Source: Somniosus microcephalus
Lineage: Eukaryota
Length of the DNA: 64,000 nt
NCBI GenBank assembly: GCA_052327205.1
Contig: CM126212.1
Span: 167,896,001 to 167,960,000, forward strand
Direction of reading: 5' to 3'
Shown: piece after piece, positions 49,372 to 60,665 of the stretch
Layout of the letters: every line of letters starts with the position of its first letter
How positions within the stretch are numbered: position 1 is the first letter of the stretch
Notes under the pieces: generated by a model
The model's input: the letters and a program-made list of their open reading frames with translations, nothing else
Databases searched by the model: none
Told to the model about the DNA's origin: nothing
Made by a program: the position numbers and the translations under genes

Positions 49372-50846
49372 AGTGGAGGACAGTCAGCATGGATTTGTTA
49401 AGAGAAGGTCGTATCTAACTAACTTGAGTGAATTTTTTGAGGAGGTAACAAGGTGGGTCGATGAGGATAGCATGTTTGATGTAGTCTACATGGATTTTAG
49501 CAAGGCTTTTGACAAGGTCCCACATGGCAGACTGGTCATGAAAGTAAAAACCCATGGGATCCACGGGAAAATGGCAAGTTGGTTCCAACATTGGCTCAGC
49601 GGCAGCAAGCAAAGGGGAATGGTCGACGGATGTTTTTGTGACTGGAAGGCTGTTTCCAGCAGAGTTCCGCAGGGCTTTGTACTAGATTCGTTGCTTTTTG
49701 TGGTATATATCAATGATTTATACTTCAATGTAGGGGGCATGATTAAGAACTTTGAAAATCATACAAAAATTGGCCATGTAGCTGATAGTGAGGAAGAAAG
49801 CTGTAGACTGCAGGAAGATAGCAATGGACTGGTCAGGTGGGCAGACAAGTGACAAATGGAATTCAATCCGGAGAAGTGTGAGGTAATGCATTTGAGGAGG
49901 GCTAACAAGCAAGGGAGTACACAATAAATGGTAGGATATTGAGAAGTGTAGAGGAACAGAGGGACCTTGGAGTGCATGTGCACAGGTCCCTGAAGGTAGC
50001 AGGACAGGTGGATAATGTGGTTAAGAATGCATATGGGATACTTTCCTTTATTAGCCAAGGCATAGAATATAGGGGCAGGGAGGTTAAGCTTGAACTGTAT
50101 AAAACACTAGTTAGGCCACAGCTAAAATGCTACATTCAGTTCTGGCCACCACATTACAGGAAAGATGTGATTGCACTAGAGAGGGTACAGAGGAGATTTA
50201 TGAGGATGTTGCCAGGACTGGAGAATTTTAGCTATGAGGAAAGATTGGAAGGCTGGTATTGTGTCCGTGTATAATTGAGACACGGACTGCAGGAGTTGAT
50301 TATAACAAGTCTTTACTGAATGGAGACAACCTGGAAACTGAAACTACAGAAGCCTGCTAGGGCCTTTTATACAGGGGTGGTCACTGCCGGTACTGCAGTC
50401 TGAGACCAGTTATTCCCTTAAAGGTACATACACAACAGCTGAGGTTGTTTTCCTTGGAACAGAAGAGGCTGAGGGGAGACTTGATTGAGGTGTATAAAAT
50501 TATGAGGGGTCTAGATAGAATGGATAGGAAGGACCTATTTCCCCTAGCAGAGAGGTCAATAACCAGGGGGCATAGATTTAAAGTAATTGGTGCAAGGATT
50601 AGAGGGGATTTGAGGAGAACTTTTTTTACCCAGAGGGTGGTGGGGGTCTGGGCCTCACTGCCTGAAAGGGTGGTAGAGGCAGAAACCATCATCGCATTTA
50701 AAAAGTACTTGGATATGCACTTGAAGTAACCTAAAGGGCCATGGACAAAGAGCTGGAAAGTGGGATTAGGCTGGAGAGCTCTTTTTCAGCCGGCACAGAC
50801 ATGATGGGCCAAATGGCCTCCTGTGTTGTAAATTTCTATGATTCTA
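49372..50846 (+). mobile_element. CR1 LINE RT-to-3' end, interrupted by a solo LTR
   Basis: SQHGFVK, DVVYMDFSKAFDKVPH, VPQG, YINDL, FFTQRVV motifs; tail tttctatgattcta. Confidence 0.92.
50257..50437 (-). mobile_element. Gypsy-type solo LTR, 181 bp
   Basis: Ends TATTGTGT / ACACAACA; TSD GCTGG/GCTGA; minus-strand TATAAAA and AGTAAA; shares blocks with the LTR at 59737-59939. Confidence 0.85.
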
Positions 50847-51859
50847 GGAAACTGCAGCTCCTATTTTGTTCACTAAGTTTCTTTTTAGTTAATTCTTAAA
50901 GGTTTGATAACAACAATGTTTTTATAGTGCTTATTATGCTCAGGCACACATCTCTGAATCTTTTGCAGGGCTGTGAATAGTGAGTGGGCACCATAAGAAC
51001 TACCATCGGCAACAGATGGATGGTACTCAAGACAAGTCTTTTATGAAACCTTCTGGTTTTTTTTCATAAATCACTGGAAGGACTGACTTAATACTGACCA
51101 TTAATAATCAGTACCCTCACACTTTCTTTACACCTGCCAATAGTCTTGCTGTCTTCTGACCTCCTGTTCTCAGCTATACTATTTTAACAGATCGTTGTAT
51201 TTTCTTTACCCAAAACCTTCTGACTTGCAATGATGTTCATAAATCAAGTACTGAACTTTTTTTTAATGAGTTATTTAGTTTTGAGTTCAAAGTATCGTTT
51301 TAAAATACGCTTTTCTCCTCTATCTAATCTTGATTCTGCACAATCCATTCCAAAAGCACAGCCTATACCATTGTTGCTGTGCAAAAGGGCACTGGGAAGC
51401 ATGAGCGAACTGCCCGAAATGGCCCTTCGGCTTTTCCTTTTGGCCCTTTGGGCAGGTGCCTGGATCCTGTTCTACACATTCGCAGTAGAGTAAGCCCCTA
51501 CCCAGTCAGGGCACAAAGTTGCAACTGATTTAGCTACAAATGCCATTGAGCTAAATGATTTATTTTGTGTGCAATTGAAACCTGTGGTCATCTGTTTAAG
51601 GTTAAAAAAAAACAATCCGGCACAAAACCAAGTGGCAGGAGCTGATGGAGTTGAGAGAGCAGTAAAAAGTCTGAGTAAAAGTTCTTGCCTGGGGAGTCAT
51701 GGGTTCAGAGTAAATGGTTCCAGTTTTCAAGGAAGTCCAATTGGCTGATGAATTCAAATGGAATAGGAGAACAAGAATGAAGATAAATATACAATAAAAT
51801 ATTTATTGCCACAGGGGAGGCTGAGAGGAAATTGCTGAACAACAGAAGGTGAGAAACAA

Positions 51860-52577
51860 TTAAATATTGGTATTCAGAGGGATTTGGGTGTCCGTCTACA
51901 TGAAACACATACATTTAACGTGTAGGTACAGCAAGCAATAAGGAAGGCAAATGGTATGTTGGCCTTTATTGCAAGGGGGTTGGAATACAAGATTAAGTAA
52001 GTGTACTTGTACAGGGCTTTGGTGAGACCACACCTGGAGTACTGTGTACAGTTTTGGTCTCCGAACCAAAGGAAGGATTTACTTGCCTTAGAGAAGGTGC
52101 AACAAAGGCTCACTAGATTGATTCCTGGGATGAGAGGACTGTCTTATGAGGAGAGATTGAGTAGATTGGACCTATACTCTCTGGAGTTTAGAAGAATGAG
52201 AGATGATCTCGTTGAAACATAAAAGATTATGAGAGGATTTAACAGGGTAGATGCTGAGAGGCTGTTTCCCCTGACTGGAGAGCCTAGAACTCGGGACCCC
52301 TTATCTCAGGATAAGGGGTCGGTCATTTAGGACTGAGATGAGGAGACATTTTCTTCACTCAGAGGGTTGTGAATCTTTGGAATTCTCTACCCCAGAGGGC
52401 TGTGGATGTTCAGTCATTGAGTATATTCAAGGCTGAGATAGATAGATTTTTGGGCGGTATGGGGATCGGGTGGGAAAGTGGAGTTGAGGTCGAAGATCAG
52501 CCGTGATCTTATTGAATGATGGAGCAGGCGCGAGGGACTGTATGGCCTACTCCTGCTCCTATTTCTTATGTTCTTAT
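51860..52577 (+). mobile_element. CR1 LINE 3' part
   Basis: [19 protein letters not shown] motif; tail atttcttatgttctta. Confidence 0.9.
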
Positions 52578-54465
52578 CAGGGCCTGCATTTGTCTTTGAT
52601 GTATCGTCCTCTTAAACTGAAGGTGAAAAATGTGAGCAAACTGAATGATTCAAATTAATGGCGAGAGGGTACGGGTGCAGTACAATGTTTGTAGCAACTG
52701 AGCTACTCATCAATAAAGTAAATCTTGGTATAATTAATCTTTTGCGTTCCAAAATTCTCTGCCTATAATTTCTCTGGTACGAGCAATATGTTCCTTTGAA
52801 GAAGTTCAGCCTTTTTGCCCTGTGTCCACCCCACTCTCCCTGTTAAAGGTTACTGTGTGGAGAGGATTGGCTTCTGCAGAAAAAAGGAAGCTGAGACAAG
52901 CATATCGATAAAATCAACCAGCAATGTACAGGCTGCAATAATTTGCCTTGTTTTATTTAGCAGTGCTGTTTCACAGTTCTGGTACATGCCTTTCAGAGTT
53001 AAATGCGATTACTTGACAGTCGCTTTATACCAGCCGTTCTCCGTTCTGAGATATCACGGAAATCATGTGTTAGTTACGTACAGTACAAATGTCATATTGA
53101 TTTTATCACCTATTCATAACCCTTCAGTTTCAAAAATACATTAAAATTCAGTCAAACTGTGTCTTGACATGTTAAAAGCCACTGCAGTGGTGCTTGAGAT
53201 ATCAGCACTTTTAAACTAAATCTCACATCCTGTATTGCTCTATTTAGTTGCAAATATGATGAGCTGGCACTACTCTAGGAGAACACGAGCAGTTTAGAGT
53301 AAATAATTAAAAGCTTAAAAAGAAGATTTGAACAATTTTTGAGATATCTGGTATTATTGATGTCGCATACTAAACAGCATTGAGCTGTTGCAATATTTAT
53401 AAGGTTGTAGCTAACAAACCGACATTGCATTATAATCACTTTTTTAAGCCCAGCACTGTGTACTGCTGCATACCCTAACTTCACTAAAACCATCTGCATA
53501 GTCATGATTTACCTTTCTGACTTTGAGAAAATGATGGAAATAAGGATTAATTATCGTATTTTGCTGAAAAACTAACTGAGAATAGTGCCAAATAATCTAT
53601 AAAAATAAAGATACAGCTTCTGTCTAATTGACAACAAGTGAATTCTGCTTAAAGCATATTTTACCAACAGATTGTTAATTAAAGTAATCGGCAATAATGA
53701 TCAGAGAAGCAGGCTCAGGTTTAAACAATGATTTTCTCTGCGACATGCATTTTGAATAATTGGCCTCCAGGAGATAAATGACATCCACAAAGTCGCTTGT
53801 TCTGCTGCTTTTAACTTCTTTCCACCATGCGGTATTTCAGTGAATGATAGCAGAGAACAAAGGACTGCTGGCCTTTGATAGGCCACGTTTCATACTGCCT
53901 GTTGACAGTCACACTGTAAAAAAGCCAAAAGTGTTTGTGTGAAGGTAAGTGACAGCAGCGTCTTTCCCTAATAAAAAGAGTAGTTATTGTCATATTCTGG
54001 AAACTGTATTGGCTAACTAGATATTTAAAAATACCATCCTATAAATTAGAATTTGAAAGCTGAAGATATAAATTTGCACTTGCGATTCCCTCAAATACTG
54101 CGACTTGAATTGTATTAGTCAATTGGACTCCTTTTAGGCAGGAGACTGTTTACTCTGAATCTACTTCTCGTCATTTGAGAGCTGGAAAGTACTTCTGGTC
54201 AGACTTTTTCTCACTGTGTGAGCTCCTGACATTTGTTGTTGGGTGTGGCTCATTTTCTCTCTTGAAATTTTGATCACAAGTTGCCATTTGTAGTTGAAAT
54301 AAGGGGATCATAAATCATTTAATTGAGCAGCATTTGTAGCTGAAATAGTTGCAATTCAATGCCCTGAGTGGACAGGAGATTGCTCTTCTCAAATTATTCA
54401 GATGAGCTTGTCTGAGTAAATTGTTGCCTTGAAAAGTTATAGCCTGCAAGATTTTAAGAGACTGG

Positions 54466-55178
54466 GGGGGAGAAATTGGGTGAGTAGCGCCACCTGTTAG
54501 CACCTAAAGAGGCAGTCAGTGGCTGTAGCGCCACTGGCTGTGTCTCCCGCGATATTCAGCAGGGGCGCTAATGGTGGCGTTAGGCATTTGCGCTGTGCCG
54601 CCACCGATGACATCATCGGTGTGCGCAGTGCCCCATTCGTGCCCCGTTCGCGATATTTGGTAGTGAACGCCGCAGTTGCGCCGCTCGCTACCCGCACCCG
54701 GTTCACGGGGCCTTACTGTGCCGGCAGTGGCGCAAGTTAAGGTGGAGGTGCGGGGCAACCGCCTTTTCGGCGGCTGCCTGCCAGCACCTCCGTCCCCGAC
54801 CTCCTAACCACCCCCCCCCCCGCGGCAATGTCGGCTGTTTCCCGAGAGCCCGGCACTTCTCCTTGGTGCCGGGCTCATTTGCCGGCACTCGCGAGCGGGG
54901 ATCGCGCTGTTGCAGGCACCTCCCCCTTAACAGTGGGAGGAAGGCCTGCAGTACCGCAGCGTGCCGTGCCACAGCGTGTGGCGCTGCGGCACATTGCGCT
55001 GCGATATTCAGTTTCAGCGCCCTAAGAGGGACGCGGAACGCCTCGAGCCTCGCCCCGTGTCCCTCGAGGAGCAATGAAACTGAATATCTGCCGATCGCTA
55101 AAGCCTCGAACGCTGCGCTAAATCCTGCGCTCAGGCGACTTTTGCGCCACTTTGGCGCCCCAACCCAATTTCTAGGCC
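54466..55178. mobile_element. GC-rich MITE, near-identical to 1777-2487
   Basis: TIRs GGGGGAGAAATTGGGT / ACCCAATTTCTAGGCC; perfect TSD TGG. Confidence 0.92.
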
Positions 55179-55829
55179 TGGAAGAGAGTTACAATTTCAC
55201 AGCAAACAACGGCATAGACAACATTATAGAAGCTGTAAGTGAGCTTCCCTTACACATGCCAGTCTTCAAGGGAGGCATTTGTAGAATGTGTTGTGTATAT
55301 GTATTACTGGTGTATTGCTGATTCTAAGTCATAGGAGGCACCGCTTTATAATGAATGAAAGCATTATGCCACATAACTTGATGTGTTATTCTGCTGTTAT
55401 TGTGGAGATTTGTATCTTTTTAAGACTGCAAGGTATCATTATTCTGCGCTTATAAAAAGGAATGGTTGGCTTGGTCAGACACAGGTTCGTTCACTTTAAA
55501 AGTCCAATTTTAAAAACCAAAGGTGTCAAAGGTCACGCAAAATGTAATTGTTGTTTGGTCAGGGACCTGTAAAGACTGGATGGAATGTGCGCGTCCATTT
55601 CAGTTTCCAACTGTAAATTGCACAGTAACAAAATGTGACATCTGTGGTGTGAAGTGTTGATGTAATCTTTTTAATATATTACTAGCAGCTCTCCCATGGT
55701 GTGTTGCTTACAATGGTGCAGAGGATACATTGTCTATGTCACCTAATGTACAATATATTGTTAAGGTTTAATAGTGAAATTATGTTTGAACATTAGCAGT
55801 ATTTGCCTAGAGAACAAAGATAACACCGC

Positions 55830-56530
55830 AATTTCTTTCAGCTAAACATTGGGAAAAGCAAGCCATTGCTTTGGGTCCTTGCTCCAATCTCTGTACTCTT
55901 GCCCCCATCTCCATGGTCACTCCTACTTCCGCCTCTGCTGCATCGCCTGCCTCTGCCTCTAGCTCAGTCCATCTGCCACTGAAGCCCTCATCCATGCTTT
56001 TGTTACCTCCAGAATATACTACCTCAATGACTCCTGGATGACCTTCAATCCTTCAGAACCTTCAGCTCATTAAAAACTACTGCCCATTTGCCATCCTGTA
56101 CCAAATCTCTTCTGATCACCCTTGTCCTCACTGACCTATGCTGCCTGCTGGCCCACAACACTTCAAATTTAAAATTCCTATCTTAGTGTTTAAATCCCTC
56201 CATGTCCTCATCTCCCCTATCTCTGTATCCTTGTTCAGTGCTACAATCCCCCGCCCGCCCCCCACTTAAGTCTCCGTTCCTCTGACTCCAACCTCTTGTG
56301 TATCCCCCACCTATTGTTGGCGGCCGTGCCTTCACTCCCTAAACACATTGTTCGCTCTAGCTCTGACTCCTCCTTTAAGAATCTCCTTCAAATCCACCTC
56401 TTTGACAAAGCTTTTAGTCACCCCTCCTGATATCTCCTTGTTTAGCTTGGCGTCCATTTTTTTCCTTACACTTCTAAAGCACCTTAGGTTTTTTTCTATG
56501 TTAAATGCGCTATATAAAGGTAAGCTGTTT
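55830..56530 (+). mobile_element. Decayed L2-like LINE 3' region
   Basis: ctcatccatgcttttgttacctccaga, aaatttaaaatt and the terminal gcgctatataaa; similar to the reverse complement of 47855-49360. Confidence 0.6.
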
Positions 56531-57778
56531 TTCTTTACAGTACCGGCTTCACTTGCGAGTGCCTCAATAATACAGTGAGCTCCCAAGGTCCCATCTCTGC
56601 TCAAGGTTATACACCAAAACCTCTCTTTTTTTTTTATATTGCTGCTGTCTGACCCAAAGCATATTTCCAGCATTTTCTGCTTTTATTTTCCTTACTTTCA
56701 TTGATCCATTGGTGTGCCCTGAAAATTGTACTAGAAAACTGGACAGATATCTTGCTTCTGTTCAGATCCACATGTCATTTAAAGCAACTGTTGCAATTAA
56801 AATAAATGATCCAAAAAGCTGATTGGTATAAAGCAGCCAAATTTGCTCCTCTAAAAGAAAGATATGAGGGAGAGAAGAGAGAGTGATGGGCCCATTACTG
56901 TGCTAACTTGGATTAATGTGGTTCTGTGTTCATCTGAGCTGATGCATATTTGCCCATCATTCAGATTTAATCGTAACTGTAAAGATTTAAATGTTTTGCC
57001 TGGGTTTATGATATTTTGTACAAATGTTAAAAATCTCTCTCAAACTAATGTTCTGGAAGAAAGAGCTTAAAAAGTGTTGCCAAGCAGCCAGTATACATGT
57101 TATTCAGTGCAGCATATTAAAATATTAATGGGAATACAGCCTTATAGACATCTGAACTGCAAAAGCCTGTTGAATCCTGGTGGGCTTTATCCTGCGAGTC
57201 CTCCTTCAGGAAATTGCCCACTCTGCACAAACTTTCATACAGATTTTTGTTTATTGGCCCACATTTGGTGAGTTTGCCGACAGAGGGCCTAACTTAGATC
57301 GTTGTGCGCCTCGACCCTCCTGTGGAGAATTGACCTAAATTTTACTGGAAAACTGATTTGAATATGCCACAGCGAGGATAGTGGCCAATCAAGTGGTGCA
57401 GTTAATGCCCAATGAAGAGATTTGTTTTACGGAAGATGAACAATAACGGTGGTCATCTTCGTTTTTCTTCATAATGATCCAATTTTTGAACAAAATCATG
57501 TCTGCAAAATTATATTGAAGCAGAACCAGAATCTACAAGCTTACATTGATTGCCGGGTTTATTTGTTTTAAAAAGAGTTGCTTTGCATTGTAATTTTTGC
57601 TAAGCTGCTTCACTTTTTACAATTCTAGAAAAAATATATAGAAGTCAGAATATTGAGGCATGCTAGTTTGCATTTCATCTATTTGGTTCTGTTTTCATTG
57701 AGTATTGAACATTTCCTATGAGCTGTAAGGTCTACTGAAATTTCAATTAAAAAAAAATTATACAGAACAGCCATTGAA

Positions 57779-58140
57779 TCGGGGTGCCAACCTTCCAGGA
57801 TTGCGTTGGCATCTCCAGAAATTATAGATTAATCTCCTGGACCCTGCTACCAGCAACCCGAGAGAAAAACCAGAAAGGCATTGTGTACATTTTCAGTTTT
57901 TTGATCATTTGGAAAAATCTTGGAGATGGGGAAAAAATGGCTGTTTGACTGACAGTCAACAATCATCCAATGGGGTACTGAAGAGTCTGTTTGCTGTCCA
58001 ATGGGTGTGGGCAGGAGGTGCGGTGTGAGGATGGACCAATCAAGTGACCAATGGCTGGAGAGTGGGGGCGGGATGATTAGAGGCCGGAAGTCAATTGATG
58101 AAATCTCTAGGAATACATCCAATCAGATTCGGCAACCCTA
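57779..58140. mobile_element. Old hAT-like MITE
   Basis: TIRs TCGGGGTGCC / GGCAACCCTA (8/10) and a degenerate 8-bp TSD CCATTGAA/CCATGAAA. Confidence 0.55.
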
Positions 58141-58244
58141 CCATGAAATTATGTTCTCAGAAGCTAGTTTTGGTTTGAACTCTAAAAGGGCTGCTGAACA
58201 TATACCAGTTCATGAAACTGACTCAAGTGTTGTATGTGTTTATT

Positions 58245-59212
58245 TTTCTTCTCTTCTTAGGCAGTCCCTCGGAACCGAGGATGACTTGCTATCACACTAA
58301 AAATGAGTTCTCAGGTGACTGATGAGTCCAATGTGGGATCCACAGACTCTATCACAGGTGGGGCAGACAGTGGTTGAAGGGGCAGGTGGGTGGGGTGCTT
58401 GGGTTGACGTGCACTCCTTCCGCTGTTTGCGCTTGGCTTCTGCTTGCTCCCGGCAAAGAGACTCGAGGTGTTCAGCGTCTTCTCGGATGCTTCTCCTCCA
58501 CTTTGTGTGGTCTTGGGCCAGGGATTCCCAGGTGTCGGTGGGGATGTTGCATTTTTTCAAGGAGGCTTTGAGGGTGTCCTTGAAGCATTTCCTCTGCCCA
58601 CCTGGGGCACTCCTACCATGTCGGAGCTCCGAGTAGAGCACTTGTTTTGGGAGTCTCGTATCGGGCATGTGGACGATGTGGCCCATCCATCGGAGCTGAC
58701 CGAGCGTGGTCAAAGCTTCGATCCTGGAGATGTTGGCCTGAGCGAGAACACTGACATTGGTGCACCTATCCTGCCAATAGATTTGCAGGATCTTGCAGAG
58801 GCAGCGTTAGTGGTACCTCTCTCGTGCTTTGAGGTGCCTGCTGTACATGGTCCATGTCTCTGAAGCATACAGGAGGGCGGGTATCACTACTGCTCAGTAG
58901 ACCATGAGCTTGGTGCTGGGTTTGAGGTCCTGGTCTTTCAACACTCTCTCTTTCTCAGGTGACTGAAGGCTGCACTGGCACACTGAAGGCAGTGTTGGAC
59001 TTCGTCATCGACATCTGTCCTTGTTGACAGTAGGCTCCCAAGTTATGGAAAGTGGTCCACGTTGTCCAAGGCCTCATCATGGATTTTGATAATCGGGGAG
59101 CAGTACTGTGTGGCGGGGGCAGGTTGGTAGAGGACCTTTGTCTTACGGATGTTTAGTGTAAGGCCCATGCTCTCGTATGCTTCAGTGAAGGTGTTGACGA
59201 TGGTTTGGAGTT
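58245..59212 (-). mobile_element. RTE-clade LINE, 5'-truncated
   Basis: QLRWMGHIVHMPDTRLPKQVLYSELRHG...GGQRKCFKDTLK and a C-terminal CPTC...H motif; (AAG)-type tail. Confidence 0.9.
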
Positions 59213-60403
59213 ATTTTTACTCACAACAACACAATCTCGTTGCTTGAGCTTCAGATATTTCACTGAAACATTTTTTTTTTGCTTGGTCTTTGGCTCAGAG
59301 ATTGTTGTTATTTGTACTCTGAAAGAAGACAAATTCTTTAGGAGCTCAAAATTATTATGAGCATCATTTAAAAGTGAAAATCCGATTTTGTGAATTAATT
59401 ATAAAGTCAACATCACGCCGTGAAAATGGTGATCGCCATTGATTTTAATGGGGGCGAAGCTATGATAAACACTGTTTTTGGTGAGGATAATGCAGGAGAG
59501 GTGCAAAAGCCCCAGGACAATATGGAGTGGCATAATTAATGTTACTTACCCCATAATTTCCTCCTTTTGCACTGTTCAAGTGTCCCTCCACCAGAGATAT
59601 GCCATTACAATGGCTCAAGTCCTCAGGAAATTGTGGGCCATTGTGTTGGATAAAATCCACTTGAAAAGAAAGCAGCATTGGTAAGATCTCTACAGTATTG
59701 GCCGTTATCTTAATGTACAAACTATCATTTCTCCCTCGTTGGAGTGTATGTGCTTTAAGTCAGAACTACTTTTTACAGCTCCTGTATACTGTAGTACCGG
59801 CAGTAACCACACCGGTATATAAGCTGTGCGCATGCCTCTGTACCCCAGTCTAGAAATTACCCTCCTCCAGTAAAGACCTGTTATTTGTTTATGTACAGCA
59901 TCCGTGTCATTATTTATCCACTGAACCACGGATCTAACAGTGGCGACGAGTGTTGATGCGAATCTACCTACAACATAAAAAAAAAAGTCGAGTCCAGGAA
60001 CACGGGCGTTGACCGCGAGCAACCGCCCAGCAGTCAGGCAGAGATCCAACTTCGCTGGGGAGGCTGTGGAGAGCCGGGCCTGGTTCCCCAGCCACAACGA
60101 ACAGTAAGAGACCGACGACAGGTCCAGAGCAGACCCTTCCCGAGCAGCGGCGGCTGGAACCGACCGACGGCAGAGAGAGAGAGCCGGGCAGTGTCGACAG
60201 GGTAAGAAAGAGGGTGCAGAGAGCAGGGCGCAGCCAGGGGTTGATCACCGAGCGGCGTCGAGGAAAAATACTGCAAACCAGAGAGAGAGAGGGTAAGAAA
60301 CAGCCGGGTTCTAGACTGAGCGGCGTCGACAAATATCATGAGAAGAACGCGCAGAGCACAGCCAGGGATCACGGGCTGATCAGGGTCCGCGGGGCGAAGC
60401 AAG

Positions 60404-60642
60404 GGGAGACGCCATTGAGCCGCGGAGAAGCAGGGAGAGCGCGGGAGGCGCCATTGAGCCGTGGAGAAGCAGGGAGAGCGTGGGAGGCGCCATTGAGCCA
60501 CGGAGAAGAAGGAAGAGCGCGGGAGACGCCATTTTGCGAAGCCGCAGCGGAGAAGACGGGCGAGCGCAGGAAGGAAGGAAAGCGCGGGAGACGCCATTTT
60601 GTGCCAGCGGAGAAGAAGGGGAAGCGCGGGAGGCGCCATTGG
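60404..60642 (+). repeat. 39-bp tandem repeats in the Gypsy 5' leader
   Basis: GCCATT recurs at 60411, 60450, 60489 and 60528 (period 39), then at 60593 and 60635. Confidence 0.85.
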
Positions 60643-60665
60643 GGATAGTTAACGCACAACCAAGG

